This document shows, piece by piece, positions 41,601 to 55,138 of a DNA stretch of 64,000 bases (positions are counted from its first letter, which is position 1; the number at the start of each line of letters is the position of its first letter). The notes below the pieces were generated by a model. That model saw only the letters and a program-made list of their open reading frames with translations, had not been told where the DNA came from and did no database searches. The stretch is from Marsupella aquatica (taxonomy: Eukaryota > Plantae > Marchantiophyta). The stretch is from NCBI GenBank assembly GCA_973895155.1, contig OZ316892.1, positions 15,977,040 to 16,041,039 on the forward strand, given 5' to 3'. Made by a program: the position numbers and the translations under genes.

Positions 41601-44600
41601 ACTCGAGACCGAGACATAAGAAACGAGTCTCATGGGATCCGTCCATTCCTCAATTGGAGGAAGTAACTCCAATCCCGAGACCAATCCCGGTTCCACCCAT
41701 GTACGGAGGAGTTCGGTTAGCCGAGCTTGATGCGAGCCTGGACCCGAGCCTGCGAAACCAGGTTGAAGTCATCAGAAAGGAGCACTACCGGAAGTACACC
41801 ATTGGGATGGACAAATCTTTTAACCTGGGCTACGCTCTGACAGGGGAGGCTGAAAAATCCATCCAAGCTTTGCTCAAGGAATATGAAGATGTGTTTGCAT
41901 GGAGTCATCATGATTTAACAGGCGTCTCCCCCGAGTTGGGAGAACACACGATCGATCTGAACCTAGGAGCCCATGCGGTACGGCAGCGACAACGTCGCAT
42001 GAACCCGAGGTACTCCATCTTAGTGAAAGAGGAAATTGATCATCTCCTCGCCGCCGATATCATCTACCCGGTAATGGCCAGCGACTGGGTCTCTCCCATT
42101 GTCATTGTACCAAAGAAGGGAGGTACGGATGGAAAACCTAAGATTCATATTTGTCAGGACTACCGTAAGCTGAACGACGCAACCCGCAAAGACCATTACC
42201 CATTACCATTCACGGATATGGTTCTAGATATGGTAGCCCGAAATGAAATCTATACATTTCTTGACGGGTATTTAGGTTATAACCAAATCTGGATTCGCCT
42301 CGCGGATCAGCTCAAAACAACTTTCACTACGGAGTGGGGGACTCTCGCATTTTGGAGGATGCCTTTCGGTCTGTGTAACGCCCCGGCCATGTTTCAGCGC
42401 CTGATGATGAATATCTTCCATGATTTCCTACGGGAATTTCTGGAGATATTTATCGATGACTTTGCCATCTTCGAAACCGTTGCCATGCACCCCGAACACC
42501 TAAGACGAACGTTGCAACGATGCCGAGATGTCAACCTCAAACTACATCCCGCTAAATGCTTCTTCGGGGTAGAGGAGGGGGTGTTACTCAGGCATCGTGT
42601 GTCCAAACGGGGCATTGAGGTGGACCAAGATAAAGTTGCGGCCTGGATGGCAGTGGTGTTCCCCATGGATCAAAAAGTAGTACAATCCTTCTTGGGCTGC
42701 GTAGGGTATTACCGTCGGTTCATTAAAGATTTTGCTAAAATAGCTTTGCCCCTAACAGAGATGATGAAAAAGGATGCGGTGATCGAGGAGACCCCAAGGA
42801 GACGGTTGCTTTCAAAGAACTCCGTAAAAGACTCACCACCGCACCTATCATGGTCACTCCGAACTGGAACAAGGAGTTCCATGTGTATGTCGACGTGTCA
42901 GGGTTCTGTATCGGGTCTGTGCTTAGTCAGCTTGATACAGACGGACACGATCACCCCATCTACTTTGCTAGCCGACAATTATTCACAGCCGAAAAAAGTT
43001 ATTCCCCCACGGATCGAGAGGCACTGGGCATAATCTACTCATGTAAGAAGTTCCGGCACTATCTGCTCGGCTACAAGGTCATCTTCCACACGGATCACGA
43101 CAGCCTGAAGTACATGGTTAACAAAGCAGACGTAACGGGATGGATAGCCCGTTGGGTGCTACTTCTCCAGGAATTTAACTACGAAGTTCGGGTTCGGCCA
43201 GGAAAGGCACACCTCAATGCCGACTTCTTTTCACGGCTGGACGGCGTACCAGTCGATCAGCCAATTGATGATATTTTTCCGGATGAGGAGTTGTTCCACG
43301 TAGGGGAGGGGACACCAACGTGGTACGGCTTGATAATCACCTTCCTTTTAACAGGCTGCATCCCTGACGGCATCAATCAGGAGGCCGCCGTTGTGTTTCT
43401 ACGGAAAGCTGGGCCTTACGTCATGGTACAGGGTCACCTACATAAGGAAGGAGTTAATGGGAAGTTACAACGCTGCTTGGAGTATAAGGAGACGCTTATC
43501 GTGATGCGGGCCTTGCATGAAGAAGAAGCTGGAGGCCATTTCGTGGCGGTCACGACAGCCCGAAAGATTCTGGACTTGGGGTATTGGTGGCCAACGTTGC
43601 ATCGGGATGTACAGCGCTTCATTAAGGGCTGTGACCTGTGTCAGCGGGCTGGGGCCCCGAGACGGGCTCATCATCACCCGCTCACATCTGTGCTTCCATT
43701 GGCACCATTCGAAAAATGGGGAATTGATTATATCGGGCCGTTTACTCCCGTTACCCGAAGGCGAAGATGCAGGTACATCCTACTAGCTATTGATTACTCC
43801 ACCAAGTGGGTCGAAGTGCGGGCTATGGTAAAGGACGATGCCGCAACCAGTGCCAGATTCTTATACGAACAGATTTTCACCCGATTCGGCCTGCCCTTAG
43901 AATTGGTAAGCGACCGTGGAACCCACTTCCTCAATGACACCGTAGCCCAGCTTACGGAGCGTTACCTAGTCAAGCACCGCAAGACTACCCCGTATCATCC
44001 TAAAGCCAACGGGATGGCGGAGAGAGCAAATGGTATCATTGGGAAGATCCTCAACAAAACTGTAGCTGCGCACAAAATGGATTGGGATGATAAGTTGTAC
44101 ACAGCGGTGTACTCGTATAATCTCGCTTACAAAACTACTACAAGTCACAGCCCGTACTTTCTCGTGTTCGGCCAACATTCGTTGGTGCCTATCGAGTTTG
44201 AAGTACACACTCCACGAGTCAGCATTCGAGATCGCTTACCTGAATCTGAAAGTTCATCAGACCGAGCTTATCAGATTGAAGCCTTGGAAGAAGCACGGCT
44301 ACTAGCAGCTCGACACGCCGTGAAGAAACAGGCAACTTCGAAGAAGCAGCACGACAAAGGACTACGGAGGGTCGACGTCGTGGCAGGCAATCTAGTCCTT
44401 CTGTACAATAGTAGGTACATGCAGTTTCCAGGGAAGCTTCATACCCGGTGGTTAGGGCCCTTCCTTGTCAATCAGATCTACCGTAACGGATCTTTAGAGC
44501 TTGCGACGTATGCCGGCGATTTACTCCCCACGCGAATCAGCTACGATCGTGTAAAAAAGTACCACCATCAAGATGACAACGCCGAGAGTGATGTTCGCGA

Positions 44601-44661
44601 GGACGCTTCACAATTAAGCAGGGAGCTATGTGACGCCGCCGGTACGGCGGTTAATGAGTGA
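38678..44661 (+). pseudogene. Gag-Pol polyprotein (in-frame stops and one frameshift near 42795)
   Basis: Retrotrans_gag core, CCHC knuckles, protease LVDGGAGVN, RT DYRKLN...FIDD, RNase H DVSG...TDH, and integrase HHCC plus GIDYIG/SDRGTHF/NGMAER. The stop codon lies inside the 3' LTR. Confidence 0.95.
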
Positions 44662-47600
44662 TTCGGTCTAACTGCACTCGGCACGCGCGTTAGGAGTGTC
44701 TTAGACCGCTATTATTAGCATAACAACAGTATTTAGGTAATCATTATGGGTAGGATATCATTAGGCAATAAGGGGGAATTCAGGTTCGGACTGGCGGCTG
44801 GTCGCTATTCGCACACCCGGGTTACGAGCGTGGAGGGCCCCTCCCTCGGGTCCGTATAACAAACTTAAGGAAGCGGCCACTGACACGCGCTGACTCAGAC
44901 CGGCGGAGTGGCCGGCACATCACAAGCGTGAGCGGTTCAGCCTATGGGCGTCGAGGAGACGTCGGGGGATCGACAAGCCCTCAAGGTATAAAAGGGGAGC
45001 CAACCCTTTGTAGTGCACCAGTCCATCAGTCCACGCGCCAGCTTCGACCCCAACTCTCTCGTTTGTTCTAAGTCGCCACTACTATCTCCTCTGAATGTCG
45101 CACATGATCCTCTCCAACTCGGCCATTCGATTCTGGACGCAGTTCCTATCTACCGGAAGGCACTTGGCCGACTCATTGAAACACGCCAACCCGCGCCGAT
45201 ACAAAATCGAACGCGAGTACGAGAGAGCCATCCGCCTAGCAGGACGACACCACTACATCCTTAACTTTGACTACCCGTCTCAGAGCGAGCTTTACCGACC
45301 AGCAGAGGTATCCGAGTACTTCTTCAACGGAGACAAATATATTGGGTTCTAGGAAGCATTGCTTCGGCTTCCGGACGAGGTCTTCAATATCCCGGGTACG
45401 ATCGACTTGCAGCGATATCACTTCGACCACATCCCTGCTCAGGTTCGGGCTATCATCAATAGCGAGTCCAGCACTACCCATTCGACAAGGTCGTCTGCAC
45501 TCGCTTCGGAGAACTTCTACCAGCACCTACAGAGCTTCATAGGAACTCGGCCAGCAACCAACATGACCAACTCAGTTGTACCCGCACCCGTACCCGTACC
45601 CATACAACCTCAGGCTCAGCTTCGGCTTCAGCCTCAGCCGCAGCCTAGCCAAACCCCACCACCGATCGCCCAGCCAGCACAAGTACGCTCCGTCATCAAC
45701 GTTGTGGATCTTAGCGATGATGACAAGGCTACCCTACCCTTGACCAGGCGGCCCAGAGGAACAAGCGCTCAGGGGGCCGATACTATATCGTCCCCACCCC
45801 CTGCTCTGACCCCAGGAGCGGCCCCGGCAGACAACATGGTGACCGTGGCCGACCCGGGCCCGTTACTAACGGCAGTAGCACTACCCAGGCCCGATCGGGA
45901 GGATGGGGAGGTGTCACCTTCCCCGAGCCAGTCACGGGGGAAGAAGAGGAAGGAATCCACCACTGCATCCGGGTTACCGTTGGCCACGGTAGCCGTGGCC
46001 AAGGTGACGATGCACCGCATGGGGGAAAACATTCACAAAAACATCCTCCATAGCATGCGGTGTACCTGAAGACTCAGGGATTCGAGCACCTCGCCTCCCT
46101 CCCCTGGAACACTTGCAGGTACTACGGGGAGGACATGACGGAGTTCGTCAGGAATTATGACGACGCGCGTCAACATACTCGGCTGCGGGGAAGGAGTATG
46201 TCCCTCACGGAAGAACGGCTCAGGATGATCTTCGGGTTACCCGAAGGTGACCATCGAGTCAAATCACGGGCTCCCGGGGGCAAAGGAGCCAAGTACCAAT
46301 CTTCAAGTTTTCCCTCAGAGGGAGCAGTGGACAACGGGTTCGTGATGAAGACCTGCCTCATCCCCGAGATAGCTGAGCGTCTAGAGTTCCAAAGGTACGC
46401 CCTCCACATGATGGAACCCCGGGGGGAGATCTCCGCCGCCCAGGTTATCCAGGTCGAGAACTATCGACCTAGGAGGTGGGCATCATACTTCGCTAAGAAA
46501 TTCCATGAAGAGATGGAGCGGCGAAGGAAGACGCTGTACATTGGCGGGAAGGCGTATTTCGCTAGCCACATCGAGATCATTCTTGAGTGGTACGCCCGGT
46601 TTGATCGACGAACCCTTCCCCATGTCAACGTTACAAAGCTGGTCCCAGCTAGGTGGGTTTTCCCGGCCTTGGAGAGATGGCCCCAGCCCGAGGCCCGAAG
46701 TCCAGCGGACACGCCAGCTTCACCCACCCCACCTCCACAAGTAGCTGTAGTCATAACCGAGGAGGTACCGGATGGGTCGGGTGTCGCAACCGTTGATGCG
46801 ACCCAACAGGTCGGGCTAAGTACAGAAGTCGGTACGGCGGAGGTCTTACCCGAGCCCGGTTCTCCCAAAGACCCACCGGTGGCTATTCCGGAGAACCGGA
46901 CATTGCTACAGGAGGACGCTCCAGCCCCTTCCAACGTTACGTCCCCAGGGCTGGACGTCACTGCCCCGGCCCCCGCACGTGTTGACGTCTGCCCGTGCCC
47001 AACTCCGGACAGACACAACCTGGACCACCCGGAACTCTTCGTACCGGGTACATTTCTGAACGGGCTTCTGGGAGATTTCTCTCATCAAATTGCCCGGGAT
47101 ACCGGGGAGTTCATGGCCCGGAAGGTAGCCTGTTTCTTCAATCAGGAGTTGGTTGCCGCAGTAAAGGCAGGTCGGGCCCAGTCAGAGGCCCTTCAAAGGA
47201 TAGAGCGGTACCGGGTGAAGTCCATGTACCTAAAGAATGAAGTTGCAGCTCAAGAGGCTGAGCTTCGGCAACTACGACCCAAGGTTGCAGCCGCCGATGA
47301 GTTGTTAGCAAAGGTGCACGCTCTTACCGCCCTAGCCGAACAAGCCAAAGCTGGGAACGAGGCCGAGATTACACGACTCCGGAACCAAATTGACAGTTTG
47401 AAGAATCAAACTGTCACCTGGCAGAAAGACCTGGAGGAGGCCAAGGAACGGGCCCAACGGGACACGGCGGAGATAGCCACGCTACAGGCCGAGGTGGCGC
47501 GGCTCCAAACCGAGGCCGAGAAGCAGGACCAACTGGCGGGTAAACTGACAAGTGACGCCCAGCAGTTGGAGGAGGCTTGTCAGGAGGCAGCAGAGGAGAC

Positions 47601-48614
47601 GGACGCGGCGAGGCGAGAGAACGAATCTCTGCTGGACCAGGTCCAGCTCCTCAAGGCGGACAATGACAGGCTTTGAAGGCAGCGGGATGGCCGCTCCCAT
47701 TCAAGCGGCTCTGGCAAGCGTGCCAGGCATTAGCGGCGGAGTAGGAATAGATTAGGATTAGGACTAGCTTAGTCAGGCTCTTGGGACAGGCACCTGCCTT
47801 AGGTACAGCATCGCTGCCGTGCTGTCCAGCCTGCGTAGATTAGGATCTTCTAATAAGACACAGCCGTTTCCGGCCTGACTGTCAGCTTAGTTAGGACCTT
47901 AGTCAGTGAATCTTCGGCGAGAGGACACCCCGTCCCTCGGCCCTTAGTATTTAGTGCACCCCTCGGTAGAGGCAGGGGGGTTTTTTAGTTGCAAAGTTGG
48001 GCGTCCGCGGTATGTGCGGGGAGTCCCGACCTCTGGGAATGAAAGAGTACCAAGGGGAGGGGGTAGGACTAAGCTCGCCGGGTGAGTGCAAAGCCGGGCT
48101 CCGTTGTAGTGTGCACCCTCGGCCTTGAACCTGTTCATTCTGTCGCTGTCGGGTCAACTAAGTGTACGCATATGTTCCCTTTGTAGTAAAATCCTTTCCC
48201 ATCATTTTCCTTCGTGTAAATCGAGATTGTATGCATGTGCGCGTGTATGTGTGTGGGTTTCTCGTATATGGGTGGCAGCGCCAGGCCGAACGCACTACCC
48301 GAGACGTGCACAAGGTGCAGCCTGCGGGTAAGTGGTTGCGAGCACGGGTTGAGGACCTGTATCATCGAATCCGGATCGAAGGCTTAGAAGCCCTTAAGCC
48401 GGGGTCGATCCTGCTATCGACTAAGGTACGTTCCGGCGGCGGAACACAAACCATACCTAGGAGGTGTCCGTATTTAGCAATATGCGCACTTAGCGCTAGT
48501 TTACGAGAATAAGGTGCATTACGTGCTTCCCTTCCTGCCTGAACCCTCAGATTTACGAGGGATGTGCCCGTCTAAGCTGAAGTCTGAGTTAAGGCCGCAG
48601 CCGATGATGTGACA
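44629..48614 (+). repeat. 3' LTR (3986 bp)
   Basis: Direct repeat of the 5' LTR, preceded by purine-rich AAGCAGGGAG. Confidence 0.95.
45104..47733 (+). pseudogene. LTR-encoded accessory ORF, 3' LTR copy
   Basis: Stops at ~45350 and ~47674 plus a 4-bp deletion at ~46051; a 538-aa uninterrupted segment spans 46060-47676. Confidence 0.8.
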
Positions 48615-51600
48615 TTAAGTCCATCTCTAAACCAAACTTTAGAGTAATATTGACAACTCTCACAAGATCCAACATAGGATTTTACATCCACATACATGCC
48701 TGACCACCAGTACCATCTGTGAACCCACTCATAGGTAGCTCTAACTCCTTGATGTCCTGCTTCAACAGCATCATGAGAATCCCATAAGACTATCTTCTTC
48801 TCTTCATCTGTATCAAGAACTCTACAAGGAGCCTGAATAGAGGTCACTACATGAATAGATGGCTCTACCAGCAAATTCTTCCACAAACTCATCTACTATA
48901 GGTCCTATTCCAGTATTGCAAATAGTAACCTTATTAGGTGATTGCATGTCCTGAATAAATCTAAGTTTAGCATTTTTCTTACGAATGGTAAACCAACAAT
49001 TAGAATAAGGTGCATCTGCTCTTTCCAAAATCCTAGTGGAAAGTTTCTCCTTCAATAGATCAATAAGTTTAGGTAACAAAGCCTTGGGCACTGGAATGGG
49101 TTTCAAGTCCCAAGGAACATGTGGGATAGTGAAAATTACCAAAGGAGTAACGACACTAGGATCCACACATCCCATCTCTTCAGGACAAAAGGCAAAAACC
49201 TTATCATGCTCACCAATCATTTGTCAAAACTCCTCTCTCGCTTCTTTTGTCAGCAACCCATCATCACCAATCCTTAGTTGATTAAGGGTCTCCTTTGTGA
49301 ATTTATGGCCAATCTTAGTCCGATCTCTAAGACTGGTCTCTTTACCTGCCTTCTCCAAAATCTCCCTAGCATCCAAAGGTAAAGGAATTGCTGCTAGTCT
49401 CACTTTCTTCTCCACTATTTTGTACTTGGTGTTGACCTCAACAAATTGAGACAACTCGCCATACAGCTCATGATTGATTTCCATATGAGCTTTCCCTTCT
49501 AAAAGACCTTCAATTATTTCTTTCAAAGACACTTCTACTCCTTCTTCATCTAGAAGACCTTCAATCTCTTCACTTTCCTCTAGCAATCCATGTATTTGCA
49601 TAGTATCCTCAATCCTTGCAATTTTCTTTTTGAATTTTTTAGTAGTTTCACACACTTTCACATAAGAAATTCAACAATTTAAGCTTTCACCTTCAAATGA
49701 GCTTACCAACAAACTATTCACATTCCAAGTCACCAGCGGGTCATTGGCGACGGCGCCTCGCCTTCCCGCATTGCTTAACAAGACGCCTTTCGGAAATCCT
49801 CATTTTTGTCCTTAGGTTCAGGTCCTCTCAACTCTTTCCAATTCCTCCAATGTCCAGGTTTCACTACAAGAAATTGGATAACCCGCAATTCATCTCGACT
49901 CCTCACTTTTGTCATATGAGTGTCATCTGGTAGGACCTTGTACTCCATTCGAGCTTGAGTAATGTAAGGCTGTCCTAGAATGAGATCATAGGGCAAGCTA
50001 TCATGCACAAAGATGTTAGTTGGTTCTATCACATGGCCAACCTTCACTGATACTCCAGGGCATCCTCCCCAAAGCATATTCTTTGAACGATTGATTGAGT
50101 TGACAGACCATTGAGTATCACAATCAATCATCCATTGCCCAAGATCATAGATGCTTCTTGACATCAGATTCAACTCAGATCCTGTGTCAATCAATGTTCG
50201 AGCTTTGCCCTCCATTCCTACAAGCTCTACCTCCACAACTGAGCAAGTTCTTGCCCAAAACGGCTCCAAGATGGATTCCTTGTCGTCTCCTGAATCAGGA
50301 TTCTTCCTAGCTTAAAGCACACATGACCCACACACTTTGTGAGGCCTTGAGCACCTCTTCACGACTAATTTTTGCCATATCCTGGGTCATTGCAAATCCT
50401 GTTGTTGCTTTCGCCAATGGTTTCCACCTCTCCAATACCTCAACTCCTAACATCTTTGGTTCAGGAACTTCCTTTGTCGAAGACCCTAGCATCTGTGGTC
50501 TATGGATCTTCTCCGCATTCACTTAATACACTTCACACTCCACACTGGCTTGAAAAACATTTGAACCTTCTCCATCTTCATCAACATCAGAAAAAACCTC
50601 CATTCCCAAGACATGAGGTCCTTCCTTGTAAAATTGTTTTCGTTTCACCTTTGCAAGTAATGCATCTTGAGCCTTGGAGTTCATGCAAGCAAAAAACTCC
50701 TCATTGGTGACTCCGCTCACCTCCGCTTTCCCAAACTTCTCAGCAACTTGATAATACACAATGTGTTGCTCAACATCTTTTCTAAACCCAACCCTAAACC
50801 CTTCCACCTTCTCTTTTTTTACCACTTCCATCTCCTTTGAGGATGAAGGAGTCAAAGTAGGCTCCTTTGTTGTATTTCCTCTATCTTCAAATTGAACACT
50901 CCTCCTTGTTGGGACTCCTGATGATGGCTGCAAAATAGAGGGTCCAGGCTCAACCCTCTGTTTTCCTTTGGCACGTTCTTCCAAAGGTTCTGATGACTTT
51001 TGTTTCTCCTCCACCATAGAATCCCATAGAGATCCCACTTTTGCAGTGAAAGAAGAGATCAACACTGGATCACTCCAACCTGACTTCCTCCTTACAAACT
51101 CTGCTAGTCTCTTCTTGTCTGTCTCTGTTGATGAAGAACTCCCAAAGAGGGTGTAAACATCTGCTTCATGCTCATCCTGATCTCCAAAAGCTGCTGCAAT
51201 GGCTGAAGTATGATGTTCAGTCATTCTTCTCTCCACCAACACCTTCATACCGCCTTTGTTTGTGTTTATTGAAATAAGTTCTCCTGAATCATGATAAGCA
51301 AGCTTTCTTATGCCATCATAATCAATGAACTTGACTATTCTCTCTCTCAAAGCAACAGAAAGCTCCCCGCATTCACGCCTTGAGTGCTCCTTACTATCAC
51401 ACCAAATAAAATTCCAACTCCTTGCTCCGCCAATGGAACTCTCAACTCCTGGACCACCTCTTGGTGCTGGTCTTGATGCACCTCCTCCCATCTGCTCGAA
51501 GGTTTGGGTGGCAAGAATGGTAAGATTTTCATGAGTTCAGACAACTCATCCATTTTATCTATGCTTTTCTCACCCCTACCAGTTGTTGACTCCATTTTCT

Positions 51601-51809
51601 CCATTCTCCTCATAGAAGTCATAGGTGCAACCGCATCTAGAGCACCTTCATGACTCAGCTTCTTTCTTCTATGCTTTTGGTTGACCCTAAGCACAACAAT
51701 CTCAATCTCCTTCCAAGTTGGTGGACTGGCTCCACGACTTGGGTTCATCAATTCCAGAGCAAGCTCCAACTCGTCTTGAAACTTCTCATCAGCAGCTCGA
51801 ATAAGTCAT
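48615..51809 (-). pseudogene. Ty3/Gypsy gag, protease, RT N-terminus and integrase zinc finger (RT C-terminus and RNase H missing)
   Basis: Protease LIDTGSELN; RT IPHVPW...RFIQDMQ...DLYSG followed directly by H..EAGH...CESC. Continuous with 33585-34550 across the TSD. The 5' end is cut at the LINE. Confidence 0.88.
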
Positions 51810-51924
51810 TGGTAATGTATTATAAGCTCCGGGACCATGAAAGTCAAAGGAGCTGCCACAAAAAGTAAAGTACAATGCAATCAAAGAAAAGAGCAACCAA
51901 AAGAGATTGCTCAGAAGAGGACAA

Positions 51925-54900
51925 CTATGTCCTCAAAGAAACTATGGACCTAGAGAGCCCTGAAAGATTTTCCAAACCTATTCTCCTTTCCCTATCCACC
52001 GCAAAGATATATCTTCCAAGTTGCTGAGGGGGCAGACCAAACAATGCATACAAATCTTTCACCAAGATTTGAGATGCCATCCTAACCCCCTCATAAAACT
52101 TGCAAGCAATGAATACATGATATTCATTCTCTATACTAGAGCTATCACATAGTTGACAAACCCTCTTTTTCCTGTCAATATCCTTCCATCTCCCTTGTTC
52201 TACTTCAAGGTGGTGTGAGCTTAGTCTATACTGAGCAATAAGTTGTCTAAGTTGTACTGAGATAGTGCTAGATAAGTATTCTTGTTCTCAATATTTCTTC
52301 ATGGGGTTCACATCTCTCATGTAGTATTGCTGCCGTGGGCTAGGTTCATGCCAAAGTTTGTGCAAAGCCTTTTGCTCAAGTTTTGCTCTTAGCTTGGTTG
52401 GGTGTGTTGGCCATTCATGTTCAGGAAAATCCCAAGCATGGGCCCACCTGCACACATCTGCATACCACCCTTTAGCTGAAGATGAGCGCAAGGCATGAAA
52501 AGGAAATCTGTTTTCCTCCAACTCTCTTACACGCATGATGTATTTGAGTGTGTGGAAGAGTGCCTCCACCTCCAAAGGAAACAAGCCTGCCTCTGCAAGT
52601 GTAAGTGTATATGGGGTTTGTGACTTGATCCCAAGCTCCATCTCAAGAAATAGCTTTTGCAGCCCCTCAATCTGTTGCCACCCAGATTTAGACACACCTG
52701 CTCCCCAAATTGGTGCTCCATAAAGAATGACTGGTTTCACCAAAGCTCCAAAGAGATGTTTCCTTAACCTCCAAGTGTGTAGACCAGCTCTTTTGCATTT
52801 GTTCATGAATGCATAAAAAGCTCTGTACCCATTGGCAGCCCTAGATTTTACACATGAGGCCCAACTCAAGTTTTGAGAGAACTCCACCCCAAGGTATTTG
52901 TAGGTCCTCACAAATTCCACCAGATTCCCTTGGAAGTAGAGCTCTGGATTTTGTCGTGTGCCAATGCCCAAACACTTGGTCTTCTTGAGGTTGACTACCA
53001 TCCCTGTTGCTTGACAAAACTCCTCCAAGGCATTGAGATGTCTTTGCAAAGCTTCTTGAGCATGAGCAAGTAGGACCACATCATCTGCAAATATAAGAAG
53101 TTGGAGGACAAACCTACCCAATTGAGTGCCAACTCCACCATGCTCCTCCAAAATGTTGTGTAGCTGATCAATGAAGATGCCAAAGAGAGTTGGTGAGAGA
53201 GGACAACCTTGGATCACCCCAAGAGTGCTCCAGATTTCTTCAGAGGTTTCCTTTGAAAGTTTGATGCGCACTTCTTGGTACAATTTAGAAACAGCCAACC
53301 TGAGCTCTTCAGGCACTTCCAACTCCACCATCCTATCCCAAAGCTTGGATCGGGAAACTTTGTCAAAGGCCTTGGAGAAGTCCACAAACAAGCAAAATAA
53401 TGGTTTATGTGGAGATTTGGCCTTTTCACACAACACCCTCAAGCAGAGAATGTGATCCATAGTGCTGAATTCTCTCCTAAAACCTGCTTGTGAAGGTGCC
53501 CTTTTCATCTCACTCTCCAACCAAGAGCTTAATCTGGCTTCAAGTAGTCCTCCCAAAACTTTAGCAAAAGTATTGCCTACCATGATGGTTCTGTAGTTGT
53601 GCACATCGTCCTTGTTGCCTGCCTTGAAGATAGGCACCACTCTTCTGGTCATCCAAGCTTTAGGTAAACCTAAAACCATTGCTTGATTCAGCTCATGCAC
53701 CAAGTTTGTTAGTAAAGAGGGTCCTCCCCACAAAAGAAGCTCCAAGTTCAGGCCCAACAGATCTTTAGCTTTCCCATGTTGCATGTGGGAAAGATGCACC
53801 TTCACCTCCCTCTCTGTAAACTGAATGGTGTCCCCAAGGGGCATAGGCATGCCACTAGCATCTGGAAAGAAATACAAGGATGTGACATAGGTTACCAGGT
53901 CCTGGTGATCCAAGGGGGGAGTAGTCTTGCCTGATTGCATTCTCTCCCAAAAACGTTTTGGATGTTTGATGAACTCCTCACATAGTGATTGTTGATGACT
54001 CTTCAAGAAGCACCTCTTCTTGTGTTTGATGAAGTTCTTGTACATAGTGAATGCCAAAAGTCTCTTTTCCCCTGAATGTGATCTTGCTTGCATCCTTGCT
54101 CTAGCACAATCCTCGTCAAACCAAGCCTTCATGTTTTGCTTTCTAGGGGGTTTGGTGGAGAAAGTAGAGGCTGCTGCTTGTGCTATGACTTCTGAGAGCT
54201 CAATCTGATCATCCAGGGTATGGAGAAGATGTTCAAAGTTGGCTTTGAAGATGACTTCTCTATCAGGGTCTAGAAACAGAGGTTTGGGTACTGGCTTTCT
54301 ATGCACTTTGTTTGGGATTGTGGTCAGGTCAAGATGGAACAACAAAGGCAAGTGTGAAGACTCTGGTTGTTGATCAAGTATTTGAAAGTCAACCACTCTA
54401 GTGGCAGAGGTAGGTGAGGCAAGAAGGTAATCAATGGTACTACATCCTTGTTTAGATCTAAAAGTGTAACCAGATGATTGGGGAAATCTCTCAAGCCCAT
54501 TCAATATTCTTAGATTACAAGAAGCCCCCAAATGCAAAAAGTGACGTGTCATGTCATTTGTTCTGGTGTCAAGAGCCTCTCTCACCCAAGGTATCTCTTC
54601 ACTACATGATGACCAAGGTAAAGTTCCTAAGTCCTCACTTTCAGTAAATTGTTCATTAGATACCCTGGCATTAAAGTCCCCCACTATCCATGTCTCCCCT
54701 AGTGGTGATATATCATGAATGACTTGGATTAACCTATGAAATGGATAATGTGCATCAGCAATTCCCATCTTATAGACATTCATATTAAGGGGCAAAGTAG
54801 ATGACAATCAGAAATGATGGAGTACCTCTGGTATGAAGTCTCACCACCATGAACTGCTTGCTGGGATCTTCATGTTCAATAGAGGTGATGTGTTGAAGTT

Positions 54901-55126
54901 GATTCTTGGTGTAGACAGCAATGCCTCCAAACCCTCTTCCCCGTGTGGTCTTCTTCTCATTGAAGATGGATTGTATGCAAGTAAAGCCTTTAATGCTAGG
55001 TAGAGCATTTCCCTCATATTCCCAAGTCTCCGTGAAAAGCAAGATGTCAAAATTCTCAAACAAAGGTTCCCCTCCAATTGCTGTTTCTATGGAAAGTCCT
55101 GAAACATTCCATGCCATGACTCTCAA
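51925..55126 (-). pseudogene. LINE ORF2 (APE endonuclease plus reverse transcriptase)
   Basis: 839-aa open segment. A 2-bp deletion at ~54792 relative to the copy at ~1957, and a TGA at 52288-52290 where the 56842 copy has CGA. Confidence 0.93.
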
Positions 55127-55138
55127 GGTCCCAATCCA

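Larger units (their letters stand above)
34551..48614 (+). mobile_element. Complete Athila-like Ty3/Gypsy LTR retrotransposon with ~4-kb LTRs and TTAAG target-site duplication
   Basis: LTRs 34551-38553 and 44629-48614 (TGT...ACA). TTAAG at 34546-34550 and 48615-48619. Gag-PR-RT-RH-INT order with no chromodomain and no extra RNase H. Confidence 0.95.
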
